DNA of 61,848 nt, filler included, from a candidate division TA06 bacterium SM23_40 (GTDB taxonomy: Bacteria > LJUI01 > SM1-40): the NCBI GenBank assembly GCA_001303705.1. It is 4 parts of 4 records of this genome, joined end to end, with 100 filler letters (N's around TTAATTAATTAA, not from the genome) between each part and the next. Parts side by side here need not be neighbours in the genome. Positions count along the whole stretch, not along the records: positions 41,658 to 52,251 come from LJUI01000108.1; positions 52,352 to 61,848 come from LJUI01000109.1; 2 more parts are not named here. The stretch is one strand, 5' to 3'. Shown here in pieces: positions 49,219-59,400 of the stretch. Below the pieces are notes generated by a model. It ran no database searches. It saw nothing but the letters and a program-made list of their open reading frames with translations, and was not told where the DNA came from. Each line of letters starts with the position of its first letter. Within the stretch, counting starts at the first letter, position 1. The translations under genes were made by a program, and so were the position numbers.

Positions 49219-51467
49219 GGTTCTACCCTCTCTCGATCCTCGGGAGGTGGCATCTCCGACCCCTGTCCTGACAAACCGCCGGGGGGCGCGTACTGCTCAA
49301 CGCCCCTCATCCGCGCCCGCTCGAACAGCACCCTCGCACGTTCCAGTTCAGGATCGAGTGCCACAGCTCTTGTGTAGGTGGCGTATGCCTCATCGAGACG
49401 GCCCAGCGCGGCATTGGCCAGGGCAAGATTGAATAGAGCGCTTGGGTCATCGGGAGAACGAGCAATGACCCACACAAAGAGCTCGCGTGCCCGCGCATGA
49501 TCCCCCAGCCAGCCGTAGGCAGAACCGAGATTGTACCGCACGTCGATCGACGAGGGATCGAGGCTGAGTGCCCGCTCGAGCGGCCCGACCGCGGCACCGG
49601 GATCGTGCTGCTGGAGCCGCGCCAGGCCGAGGTTGTAGTAGTAGTCGGCACGGGGAAGGCTCGAGCTGGCGATCGCTCCTTCGAAGTAGGGCACTGCCTC
49701 GCGCACCCAGCCAGCATCGAGGAGATCCGTACCCACGCTGTTCATCGCCCAGGCGTTCCCGTCGGCGAGCCTCCCAGCCCTTCGGAATTCGAGGTGCGCT
49801 CCCGTCGTGTCGTCCCGCAACAGGAGCTGCGCACCGCGCCGCAGATGGTACGTGACGAGCAGGTCCCGGGACATGAAATCATGGACAGCGTCTTCGTCTC
49901 CCAGATTGCGGAGCCCGGGCAGCCGGGGAAGTTGCGAGATCTCGACCTGCTCTGTGGGGCGAATCACGCGGTAGACGAGCCCCCAGGGGAGCAGCCCATA
50001 GCCTCGTTCCGCGAGATGGCGGTACACCCCATCAGTCACATAGTAGACCGGGACGTCGGTCGTGTCGATGAAGCCCGTCTCCACCGCGGCGCGGACACGG
50101 TCCCGATCCTCACCGCGGGCGTCCCGCGGTATTGAAGCGTAGAACGCCCCGTCCACGACTCCCTCGCGTTCGCAGATCGTAACGTCAGCCCGCTCACCCT
50201 CGACCATGGCGAGGTAGTACAGAGGGAAACTGATGTTGTCGCCCTCGACGAAGAGGACGGCCCGATCCTCGAGGGTCTCGAGTACTCCNNNNNNNNNNNN
50301 NNNNNNNNNNNNNNNNNNNNAGGCAACGTAATCCTGACTCCGGTCGGCACGGGCCCAGTTCGCCAACAACGAATAGATCGGTATGAATACGACGATCACC
50401 GAGACGAGCGCCGGCCTGATTCTCGATCCTCCCCTGCGCGAGTAGGAGAAGAGCGTGCCGATGCCGATCCCCGCCAGGACCACGAGGAGGAGTGTCGTAA
50501 TGAGGAGGAACGGGGTCGCCTCCAGTGGCACGACATTCAGCCACAGCGCATAGACGAGATCGAACAGGATGAAGATGGCAAAGGCGCGCACGAGCCACCA
50601 CTGGCGGCTCTTGACGAGCGACCAGAGGCCGATCGCGGCCAGCGGAACGGCAAGAGAGAGGTCGTTCCACAGGGCGAGCAGGAGGTGGGTGAGCCGCCTC
50701 ATGAGGGCGCCCCCCGCAAGCAGACCGACTGCCGCCGATCGATGCGCCCTCCCGGAGACGAATGCGAGCAGACGGGAGGGCGTCTCCGGATCACCCCAGT
50801 CGAGCGGGGGATCGTGGAGCGACGCGAACAGAGGGTACAGATACGCCGATATCGCAAGCACGACGAGGAGAAGCGCTGCCACCTGGCCTCCCCTTCCCGG
50901 CCTCCTCACATCTTCGCTCCCGCGCCCCGCCACAGCCATCATGAACAACCCGGGAACGAGCATCAGCGAGCCGAGGTGAGCGACGAGGGCGAGGCCGAAG
51001 ACGTATCCGAGAAGAAGGAAGGAGCGCGGGCTCCTTCGCTGTACCCAGTGGAGCGACACGAGAAGGACAAGCGATGCGGAGAGCACATAGAGCGCGTACA
51101 CCTCGGCAACGGAGGCCTGCGACCAGATGCTCCCCGAGAATGCAAAGATGAGCGATGCCGCGGTCGCCGCCGTGAGTGGCTGTCCGAGAAGGAGGACGAT
51201 GAAGAAGACTATCACTGCCGAAGCCGTCATCGCCACGGCGGACATGAGATTGAGGCGGAAGGCCTCGTTCCCGAACGGGAGGAGCGTAAAGAGCTTCCCG
51301 ACGACACAGAAGAGCGGATATCCCGGAGGATGAGGAACTCCCTGGTGAACCGCCGCTGTGATGAGCTCTCCGCTGTCGCCCGCGATGACCGTCGGCGCCA
51401 GCGTGAGGCGGTAGACGATAAGGGAAAGGACAACAACGACTGCGAGACAGGCCAAGCGTTTCTTCAC
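49215..51467 (-). CDS. DUF2723/TMEM260-like GT-C protein glycosyltransferase with C-terminal TPRs (32-N gap at 50289-50320)
   Basis: TLAPTV..GDSGELI..GVPHPPGYPLF, WSQA..AEVY, DWGDP, GDN..FPL.Y motifs; TPR repeats. GTG 51467 with SD (track start 51512). Confidence 0.85.
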   Translation of the reverse strand: MKKRLACLAVVVVLSLIVYRLTLAPTVIAGDSGELITAAVHQGVPHPPGYPLFCVVGKLFTLLPFGNEAFRLNLMSAVAMTASAVIVFFIVLLLGQPLTAATAASLIFAFSGSIWSQASVAEVYALYVLSASLVLLVSLHWVQRRSPRSFLLLGYVFGLALVAHLGSLMLVPGLFMMAVAGRGSEDVRRPGRGGQVAALLLVVLAISAYLYPLFASLHDPPLDWGDPETPSRLLAFVSGRAHRSAAVGLLAGGALMRRLTHLLLALWNDLSLAVPLAAIGLWSLVKSRQWWLVRAFAIFILFDLVYALWLNVVPLEATPFLLITTLLLVVLAGIGIGTLFSYSRRGGSRIRPALVSVIVVFIPIYSLLANWARADRSQDYVAXXXXXXXXXXXGVLETLEDRAVLFVEGDNISFPLYYLAMVEGERADVTICEREGVVDGAFYASIPRDARGEDRDRVRAAVETGFIDTTDVPVYYVTDGVYRHLAERGYGLLPWGLVYRVIRPTEQVEISQLPRLPGLRNLGDEDAVHDFMSRDLLVTYHLRRGAQLLLRDDTTGAHLEFRRAGRLADGNAWAMNSVGTDLLDAGWVREAVPYFEGAIASSSLPRADYYYNLGLARLQQHDPGAAVGPLERALSLDPSSIDVRYNLGSAYGWLGDHARARELFVWVIARSPDDPSALFNLALANAALGRLDEAYATYTRAVALDPELERARVLFERARMRGVEQYAPPGGLSGQGSEMPPPEDRERVEP

Positions 51468-51937
51468 AGCCCTCTTCTCCGGGGGATTTCTGTTAATGCA
51501 CCTCGGGAGCACGGAACAGCCAGATGAAGGGCAGCCACAGACCTCTCCTCGATGCGCGGAGATGTCGTGCCCACGGCGAACGGAGCAGCATCCTGCTCAC
51601 AGAGGGAAGATTGCTACCCGTGTGTCGGATTCTCCGCCTGCCCTAACATACTGTGAAACGGCAACAACGTCAAGCTCGCCCCGGATGTGAGAGCAGAACC
51701 GCGTGTGCACACGAGCAGGCCTGCAGGCTTCAGACCGGCCGATTGGTTCGCTCCACGCCCGGAACCTCTCCCGCTCTGTCACGATCGGGGCATCCCGGAG
51801 GCGAACTATGGTCCGTATGGGCCCTCACCGGAAGGCGTGCTGCGATGGCCCGGCCAGTGGCTCGCGCGATGATCGGCAGTGTAGCGGATCACTCGCAGTA
51901 TCGCATGTTGCCCGAGAGCCGCGGGCGCGTGACTGCC

Positions 51938-52251
51938 CTACGGGTGAAGCGAGCCGATGCGCGCTTCGACGTCGGCGTAGCCGGGCGCTATGTCTAATAG
52001 GGTCTCGTACGTGCGGTATGCCTCGTCCACCCTGCCGGTCAGCTCGTGGATGCGGCCCAGCAGGTACAGCGTCTCGGGGTGGACCCGCAGGGTCAGGCTC
52101 CTTTCCAGTTCCCGCTCGGCCTGCCCGAGCTCCCCGGCGAGCATATGTGCGTATCCCAGATCGCGGCGGAGCCACCAGCTTTCGGGGTACCGATCGGACG
52201 CCGCGCCCAGCGCTGCTATCGCCTCCCCCATGTCAGTGCCCCCCGTCTGGA
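51938..52251 (-). CDS. TPR-repeat protein, 5'-truncated fragment
   Basis: LGYAHMLAGELGQAERELERSL..LYLLGRIHE..EAYRTYE TPR pattern. Confidence 0.7.
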
Positions 52252-52351
52252 NNNNNNNNNNNNNNNNNNNNNNNNNNNNNNNNNNNNNNNNNNNNTTAAT
52301 TAATTAANNNNNNNNNNNNNNNNNNNNNNNNNNNNNNNNNNNNNNNNNNNN
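52252..52351. other. Artificial contig linker
   Basis: 100-nt N-run with TTAATTAATTAA at 52296-52307. Confidence 0.97.
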
Positions 52352-53449
52352 GCCCTCGAGGGCTATCGCGTCACGATCTTCGAGGCGCTTCCGGTTGCCG
52401 GCGGTATGCTCGCGACTGGGATCCCGGACTATCGGTTGCCGAAGGATATCCTGAACTACGATATCGATCTCATCAAGAAAGTGGGCGTCGAGATCAGGAC
52501 GAACACGGCGGTAGGACGGGACGTGCAAATCGCTGATCTAAGGCAACAGTACAAGGCCGTCTTCGTCGCCACGGGGGCTCATAAGGGACTGAAGCTGAGA
52601 ATCGAGGGCGAGGAGTCTCCCCAGGTGATGGATGCGGTCGAGTTCTTACGTGCGATCAACCTTGGGCAAGAGGTCGAGATCGGACAGAAGGTGGCTGTGA
52701 TCGGCGGTGGGGATGCCGCGGTCGATGCAGCGCGAGTCGCCAGGCGTCTGGGCAAGGATGTCAAGGTACTGTATAGGCGAACAAGAGGGGAGATGCCCGC
52801 GGCGCAGGAGGAGATCGAAGAGCTGGACCGGGAAGGAATCGAACTTCAGTTGCTGGTCGCCCCGGTCAAGGTGCTATCGGACAATGGGACGCTGAGGGGC
52901 ATCGAATGCGTGAGGATGAAGTTGGGCGATTTCGACCAGAGTGGCAGGAGGCGGCCGGTTCCGATTGAGGGATCGGAGTTCACGGTCGAGATCGACACCT
53001 TGATCCCGGCGATCGGCCAGGAGCCTGACGTGATGTGTGTAGCAGGGGAAGGCGGACTTCAGCTCTCCCGCTGGAACACCATCGAAGTCAATCCAGAGAC
53101 GTTGTACGCCGGAATGGAGGGAGTCTTCGCCGGCGGCGACGTGGTCACGGGACCATCCACGGTCGTGCAAGCAATGGCTCATGGAAAGACCGTCGCCCGA
53201 ATGATACAGAGACACATCGAGGGACGGCCAGTGCAGAGGGAGTACAGCGTGACACGGCCGGTGATGGACGTCGACGCGGTCGAACTCAGCGACGCTGAGG
53301 TGGCGAAACTGCATAAGCCGGCAATGCCAGAGCTACCGGTGGTGGAACGGGAAGGCAGCTTCAGGGAAGTGCAGTTGGGCTTCACTGAGGAGATGGCGGT
53401 GGCGGAAGCGAGGCGCTGTGTCAGGTGTGACAAAGAGGCCAGGGGATGA
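52352..53449 (+). CDS. GltD/NfnB-like FAD/NAD(P)H oxidoreductase domain; 5'-truncated
   Basis: Open from the contig start (ALEGYRVTIFEALPVAGGML); GIPDYRLP, VIGGGDAAVD, YRRT..MPA, FAGGDVVTGP, EARRCVRC. Confidence 0.9.
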   Translation, partial: ALEGYRVTIFEALPVAGGMLATGIPDYRLPKDILNYDIDLIKKVGVEIRTNTAVGRDVQIADLRQQYKAVFVATGAHKGLKLRIEGEESPQVMDAVEFLRAINLGQEVEIGQKVAVIGGGDAAVDAARVARRLGKDVKVLYRRTRGEMPAAQEEIEELDREGIELQLLVAPVKVLSDNGTLRGIECVRMKLGDFDQSGRRRPVPIEGSEFTVEIDTLIPAIGQEPDVMCVAGEGGLQLSRWNTIEVNPETLYAGMEGVFAGGDVVTGPSTVVQAMAHGKTVARMIQRHIEGRPVQREYSVTRPVMDVDAVELSDAEVAKLHKPAMPELPVVEREGSFREVQLGFTEEMAVAEARRCVRCDKEARG

Positions 53450-53881
53450 ATGGAGAGGATAGTGACTACGGAACGTGTAGTGACAGGTGAGACATCGGTC
53501 GGTTCTGAGGTTGGTGCTGAGAAGATGACGCTAGAAGAGGTGAGGGATATCCTCGGCGCGGAAGTGCTGGCGGGGGCACACCTGCTGTCGCTAGAGGTGA
53601 GCATGGGCTGTGGGGCGGACCTGATGAGCGATGTGCTCGCCTACGGTAAGCCGGGTTCGCTTCTGCTGACAGGGTTGACCAACCAGCAGGTAGTGCGCAC
53701 GGCGGAGATGGCGGACATCGTGGCCATTTGCTTTGTCCGGGGCAAGAGGCCGGATGAGGAGACCGTCGAGATGGCGAAAAGACAGGAGTTGCCCCTGTTG
53801 TGGACCAGGCTGCCGATGTTTGAGAGCTGCGGCCGTTTGTACAGGCGTGGACTCATTGGGGTGTCTGAGTCGACGGACTAG
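53450..53881 (+). CDS. DRTGG-domain protein
   Basis: GADLMSDVL..LLLTGLTN.QVVRTAEM..FVRGK. Confidence 0.85.
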   Translation: MERIVTTERVVTGETSVGSEVGAEKMTLEEVRDILGAEVLAGAHLLSLEVSMGCGADLMSDVLAYGKPGSLLLTGLTNQQVVRTAEMADIVAICFVRGKRPDEETVEMAKRQELPLLWTRLPMFESCGRLYRRGLIGVSESTD

Positions 53882-53899
53882 CAGCGGTGGTGCAGGATA

Positions 53900-54811
53900 A
53901 TGCCGTTCACCAGGGTTCAGGAGCTGGTCTATGAGATGAAGGTCAGCCAGGTGATGAGCCGGAGCGTCATCACCGTTCGACCGCAGATGCCGATGAGCGA
54001 GCTGAGGGAGATCTTCCGCGACAAGCGGATCTCGGGAACCCCCGTGGTGGATGGGGATCGGCTGGTGGGCATCATCAGTCTCGAGGACTTCATCAAGTGG
54101 CTCTATGATAGGGAAGGGGACTCGCTGATCGAGAATAAAATGACGAGGAACGTCGAGACTCTTTACGATGACGAGCCGCTAGTGCACGCGGTCAGCAAAT
54201 TCGAGACATCGGGTTTTGGGCGATTCGCGGTGGTCGAGCGGCGGAGCGGCAAGCTGGTGGGTGTGATCACCAAGGGCGATATCGTTGAGGGGCTGCTGAA
54301 GAAGTTGGAGATCGACTATCACGAGGAGGAGATACATCGGTACCGCGCCAGTCACATCTTCGAAGACATCGTGGCCGACAGGACCACGCTGGCATTCGAG
54401 TATGACGTCGTCGGGCGTGATTTCGAGCGAGCCGGGGAAAGCTCAAGTCGACTGAAGCGCACGTTGAAACGTCTCGGCTTGGACCCCGGGGTGGTCCGCC
54501 GTGTGGCGATAGCCACTTACGAGGCGGAGATGAACCTCATCGTGTTCACAGAGGGGGGAAGGATCTCGGTCAGGCTCGAGCCAGGGCGGATAACCGTGCA
54601 TGTGACGGATTCGGGCCCGGGAATCCCCGACGTCGAGAAAGCCCTTCAACCCGGGTACTCGACGGCCCCGCAGTGGGTGAGAGAGCTCGGCTTCGGTGCC
54701 GGGATGGGCCTGGTCAATATGCAAAAGTGTGCGGACGAGATGGAGATCATCTCGGCCCCGGGCAAAGGCACCCAGATCAAAATCGCGATCCTGACGGGGA
54801 GGAAAAGGTGA
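53900..54811 (+). CDS. CBS-pair plus anti-sigma-factor-type Ser/Thr kinase (HATPase) fusion
   Basis: Two CBS repeats; AIATYEAEMN, DSGPGIPD, GYSTAP..RELGFGAGMGL. Confidence 0.88.
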   Translation: MPFTRVQELVYEMKVSQVMSRSVITVRPQMPMSELREIFRDKRISGTPVVDGDRLVGIISLEDFIKWLYDREGDSLIENKMTRNVETLYDDEPLVHAVSKFETSGFGRFAVVERRSGKLVGVITKGDIVEGLLKKLEIDYHEEEIHRYRASHIFEDIVADRTTLAFEYDVVGRDFERAGESSSRLKRTLKRLGLDPGVVRRVAIATYEAEMNLIVFTEGGRISVRLEPGRITVHVTDSGPGIPDVEKALQPGYSTAPQWVRELGFGAGMGLVNMQKCADEMEIISAPGKGTQIKIAILTGRKR

Positions 54812-55152
54812 GGCTGGCCGAAATAGTCGAGAAGCTCGGTCTCGCGGTCCGAACCGCGAGCGGGCATTTGGATACGGAGGTCACTGCAGGATACGCAAGC
54901 GATTTGATGAGCGATGTGATCGCCCACGCCAAGAAGGGAAACCTCTGGGTCACACTGCAGATCCATCAGAACATCGTTGCAGTGGCCAGCATGAATGAGC
55001 TCGCCGGAATCGTGCTGGTGAACGGAAGAGAGCCGGAGGCAGAGACTATCGAGAAGGCGGAGAGCGAAGGTATACCGATCATGGTGACGCCACTGCCTAC
55101 GTTTGAAGTGGCTGGCAAGCTCTATGAGTTGGGGATCGGCGGGATCCCCTAG
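54808..55152 (+). CDS. DRTGG/HPr-kinase N-terminal-like protein
   Basis: GTG overlapping the previous stop; GYASDLMSDVIA..WVTLQIHQNIVAVA. Confidence 0.85.
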   Translation: MRLAEIVEKLGLAVRTASGHLDTEVTAGYASDLMSDVIAHAKKGNLWVTLQIHQNIVAVASMNELAGIVLVNGREPEAETIEKAESEGIPIMVTPLPTFEVAGKLYELGIGGIP

Positions 55153-55178
55153 CAAAGCCGGGTGCCACGCGGGGCGAC

Positions 55179-55898
55179 GTGATGAGGCAGCTGCGAGCGG
55201 ACCTGCACTTGCACACCTGCCTTTCACCCTGCGCTGAGCTCGAGATGGTGCCGACGGCGATCGTGAAGCAGGCGAAATGTATAGGCTTAGATGCTATCGC
55301 GATATGTGACCACAACTCGGCCGAGAACGTCGGTGCTGTGCTGCGAGCTGGGCAGAGGGAGAGCCTCACCATCATACCCGGAATGGAGGTCACCACTCGT
55401 GAGGAGGTGCACATTCTCGGTCTCTTCGCTGATGAGGGACAGGTAATGCGCCTTCAAGACCGCGTGTACGAGAACTTGGCGGGCGAGAATGATCCGGATG
55501 TTTTCGGGTTCCAGGTGGTCGTTGACGAGTGCGATAACGTTGTGGACTGCACCACGAAGCTTTTGATCGGTGCGACGAGTTTCTCGCTGGAAGAGACCGT
55601 GAGAGTGATCCATGACTGTGGAGGCTTGGCCATCGCAGCTCATATCGACCGCGAGCGGTTCGGCCTCGTCGGACAGCTCGGCTTCATCCCCGAGGGGCTT
55701 CCACTGGACGGTGTGGAGCTGTCGCCGTACGCGTCATTCGACAGCTGGGGGGATCTCCCGGTGGTGAGGTCCTCTGACGCCCACTCGTTGAATGACATCG
55801 GCAAGACCTCTACGTGCTTTCGCGTCGCGGAGGTAACGCTCAGCGAGATTGCGATGGCGCTCAGGGGCGAGCACGGTCGGCTGGTAGTACGTGGATAG
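55179..55898 (+). CDS. PHP-domain phosphoesterase
   Basis: DLHLHT, ICDHN, GME, AAHIDR and SSDAH metal-ligand motifs. Confidence 0.9.
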   Translation: MMRQLRADLHLHTCLSPCAELEMVPTAIVKQAKCIGLDAIAICDHNSAENVGAVLRAGQRESLTIIPGMEVTTREEVHILGLFADEGQVMRLQDRVYENLAGENDPDVFGFQVVVDECDNVVDCTTKLLIGATSFSLEETVRVIHDCGGLAIAAHIDRERFGLVGQLGFIPEGLPLDGVELSPYASFDSWGDLPVVRSSDAHSLNDIGKTSTCFRVAEVTLSEIAMALRGEHGRLVVRG

Positions 55899-56363
55899 AT
55901 GGAGGATCTCGCGCTTCATGTCTTGGACATAGCAGAGAACTCGCTGGCTTCGTCGGCGCAGCGCGTTGAGATTCTCATCGTCGAGGACACGACAGAGGAC
56001 CTGCTGGTAATCGAGATCAGGGACGACGGCGCGGGAATGGATCCGGAGACTCGGGAAAGAGTCCTTGATCCTTTCTTCACGACGAAGAGGACACGGCAAG
56101 TCGGCTTGGGCATTCCGTTGCTGGCACAGGCCGCGCGAGAGAGCGAGGGACAGTTCGAGATCGTATCTGAGCCAGGGAAGGGAACGACGGTCAGGGCCAC
56201 GTTCCGTCACAGTCATCCGGACCGCAAGCCTTTGGGAGATATGTTGGAGACGATACGCACGCTGATGGCGGGAAGGCCGGAATTGCAGCTCCGATACGAG
56301 CACAGGACAGACGACGCTGTGTATCGGTTTGACACGCTAGATACGGAGCGAGACGAGGGCTGA
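55899..56363 (+). CDS. Stand-alone HATPase (histidine kinase-like ATPase)
   Basis: LHVLDIAENS, DDGAGM, DPFFTT, VGLGIP, HPDRKPLGD motifs. Confidence 0.88.
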   Translation: MEDLALHVLDIAENSLASSAQRVEILIVEDTTEDLLVIEIRDDGAGMDPETRERVLDPFFTTKRTRQVGLGIPLLAQAARESEGQFEIVSEPGKGTTVRATFRHSHPDRKPLGDMLETIRTLMAGRPELQLRYEHRTDDAVYRFDTLDTERDEG

Positions 56364-56415
56364 GGCTGGGCCCGAGCGGACGTTAGCTAGTCATACTCTG
56401 CACAGGGTATATGAC

Positions 56416-59400
56416 ATGGTGAGACTGACGATTAACGGGATCGAGGTCGAGGTCGAGAAGGGATCGACGGTCATCGAGGCTGCGGAGAAGCTCGGCATCA
56501 AGATCCCCACTCTCTGTCATCACAAGTCCTTGGAGCCTTACGGCGCTTGCCGTGTGTGTCTTGTGGAATTGGAGACGCCGCGGGGCTCGAAGATCGAGGC
56601 GTCTTGCGTCTATCCGGCGCAGGAGGGCCTCGTCGTCAAGACCGACACGGAAAGGGTGCTCAAAACTCGCCGGATGATGGTCGAGTTATTGCTTGCGCGC
56701 TGTCCGGATGCAGTGGCGCTGAAGCAGCTCGCGAGCAGTCTGGGACTCGAGGACACTCGTTTCCCGAAGAAGAACGAGGACTGCATCCTCTGCGGACTGT
56801 GCGCCAGGGTGTGTCAGGAACGAATGGGCGTTGGCGCTGTCACTTTCCTCAACCGCGGTGCAGACCGGAAGATCTCGACTCCTTATGACAAGCACTCTCC
56901 CATCTGTATGGCCTGCGGTGCCTGTCAAGTCGTCTGTCCGGTTGACGTAGTCGATCTATCCAAGGTCACCCTGAGGGAACCCAGGCCGATACTCGCTGAC
57001 TACGATGCGGGCCTGGCACCGCGATCTTCCATCTATGTACCGTTCCCTCAGGCGATACCGAAGGTGGCGACGATCGACCCCCATACCTGCATGCACCTGC
57101 TCAACGACGTATGCAGGTCGTGTGAGAACTTCTGCGACGCTGGGGCGATTGACTTCGACCAGGAGGATCAGACCGAAGAGATCGACGTTGGTGCGGTTAT
57201 CCTGGCCCCAGGATTCGAGCAATTCAATCCTGAGCTCAAGAAGGAATTCGGCTACGGCAGATACCCGAACGTCATATCGAGCCTGCAGTTCGAGCGCATC
57301 CTCTCCGCCAGCGGGCCGTATGTTGGGAAGGTGCTCAGGCCATCTGACCTGAAGCATCCCAACAGGATCGCGTGGATCCAGTGCGTCGGATCGCGAGAGG
57401 TAGACAGGAACTACTGTTCCTCGGTCTGCTGCATGTACGCCACGAAAGAGGCTGTGATTGCCAAGGAGCACGAGCCAGACCTCGAATGCACGATCTTCTA
57501 CATCGACATGCGTGCATACGGCAAGGGGTTCGATGCGTACTACAATCGTGCCAAGGAGTTGGGCGTCAGGTACGTGCGTTGTTCGCCCTCGTCGATCAAG
57601 GAAGTCGCCGAAAACAACAACTTGAAGATCACCTATCAGGGGGAGGATGGCGAGCGCGTCACGGAAGAGTTTGACATGGTCGTGCTTTCCACCGGTCTTG
57701 GGCCTCCTCAGGACGCGCATGACCTGGTGCGGATGTATGGCATTGACCTCAATCAGCACGGTTTCGCGGCCACACAAGGCCTCGCTCCCGTCGAGACGTC
57801 ACGACCTGGGGTCTATGTTTGTGGCCCATTCGCTGGGCCTAAGGACATCCCGGAGACGGTGATGGAGGCCTCGGCTAGTGCCTCCAAGGCGATGGCGCTT
57901 CTGGCAGAGGCACGAGGCTCGTTGATCAGAGGCAAGGAGTATCCGCCCGAAAAGGACGTGACGGGCCAGGAACCGCGTATCGGTGTGTTTGTCTGCCACT
58001 GTGGCAAGAATATCGGCGGAGTCGCCGATGTGCCGTCGGTGGTCGAGTATGCGAGGACACTGCCCGACGTCGTCTACGCAGAGGACAATCTCTATACCTG
58101 CTCGACGGACACTCAGGAGGGGATCAAGCAGATGATCGCGGAGCACGACCTCAACCGTGTGGTTGTGGCGTCGTGCAGCCCGAGGACCCATGAGCCTCTC
58201 TTCCGCAACACCTGTCGGGAGGCGGGTCTCAACGAGTACCTGTTCGAGATGGCGAATATCCGCGATCAGTGCACGTGGGTGCACATGCGTGAGCCCGAGA
58301 AGGCAACCCAGAAGTCGAAGGACCTACTGCGGATGGCGGTGGCTAAGGCGAGGACTCTGGAACCCCTGCACAAGAGCAGCCTGAAAGTGAACAACGCAGC
58401 CCTTGTGATCGGCGGAGGCATGGCGGGCATGACGGCCGCTCTCAACCTCGCCGACCAGGGGTTCCAGGTGCATCTGGTTGAGAAAGAGGAAGAACTGGGA
58501 GGGAACTTCAGGCACATCCACAGCCTGCTTAACGGCGGAAATCCTCAGCAGACACTGACTCAGACTATCGAGAGGATCGAGTTTCATCCGCGGATAACCG
58601 TCTATGTGGGAAGCACGCTGTCGGAGGTTGAGGGGTCGGTGGGGAATTTCACGTCCACGATCTCGCGTAACGGCACGCAGAAGCGGGTGGGGCACGGTGT
58701 GGCTATCGTCGCCACGGGCGCGACGGAATACGAACCGACCGAATACCTCTACGGAGAGCATCCGCGGGTGCTGACACAGGTTACCCTGGAGGAGTGGATC
58801 TCCAGCAACAGGGTGGAGCTGCAGGAGCTGAAATCGGTTGTCATGATTCAGTGTGTCGGCTCGCGAGACGAGGAACGGCCCTACTGCAGCCGAGTCTGTT
58901 GTTCGCAAGCGGTGAAGAACGCGCTCGCCCTCAAGAAGTTGCGTCCGGACATGGCCGTAACCGTACTCTATCGTGACATCAGGACGTACGGCTTGTACGA
59001 ACAGTACTACAGAGAGGCTAGGGAAAGGGGCGTCCGCTTCATCCGCTACGAGGAGGATCGGAAACCTCGGGTATCCTCGAGCGATGGTGGGCTGCGTGTC
59101 TCCACTCTGGACCCGGTTCTGAATGCTACCGTTCACATAGACTGTGACATGGTGGTTTTGGCTGCTGCCATTGTGCCCAGGGGCGATACCGAGGAAGTGA
59201 GCAAGCTGTTCAAGGTAGCCCTTAATCAGGATAGATACTTCCTCGAGGCGCACATGAAGTTGCGACCGGTGGACTTCGCTACGGACGGTGTCTTCATGTG
59301 CGGCCTGGCTCACTGTCCCAAGTCGGTGGAGGAGAGTATCGCTCAGGCGGACGCCGCCGCTGCCAGGGCGGCTACCCTCCTCTCGAAGGACGAGATCGCG

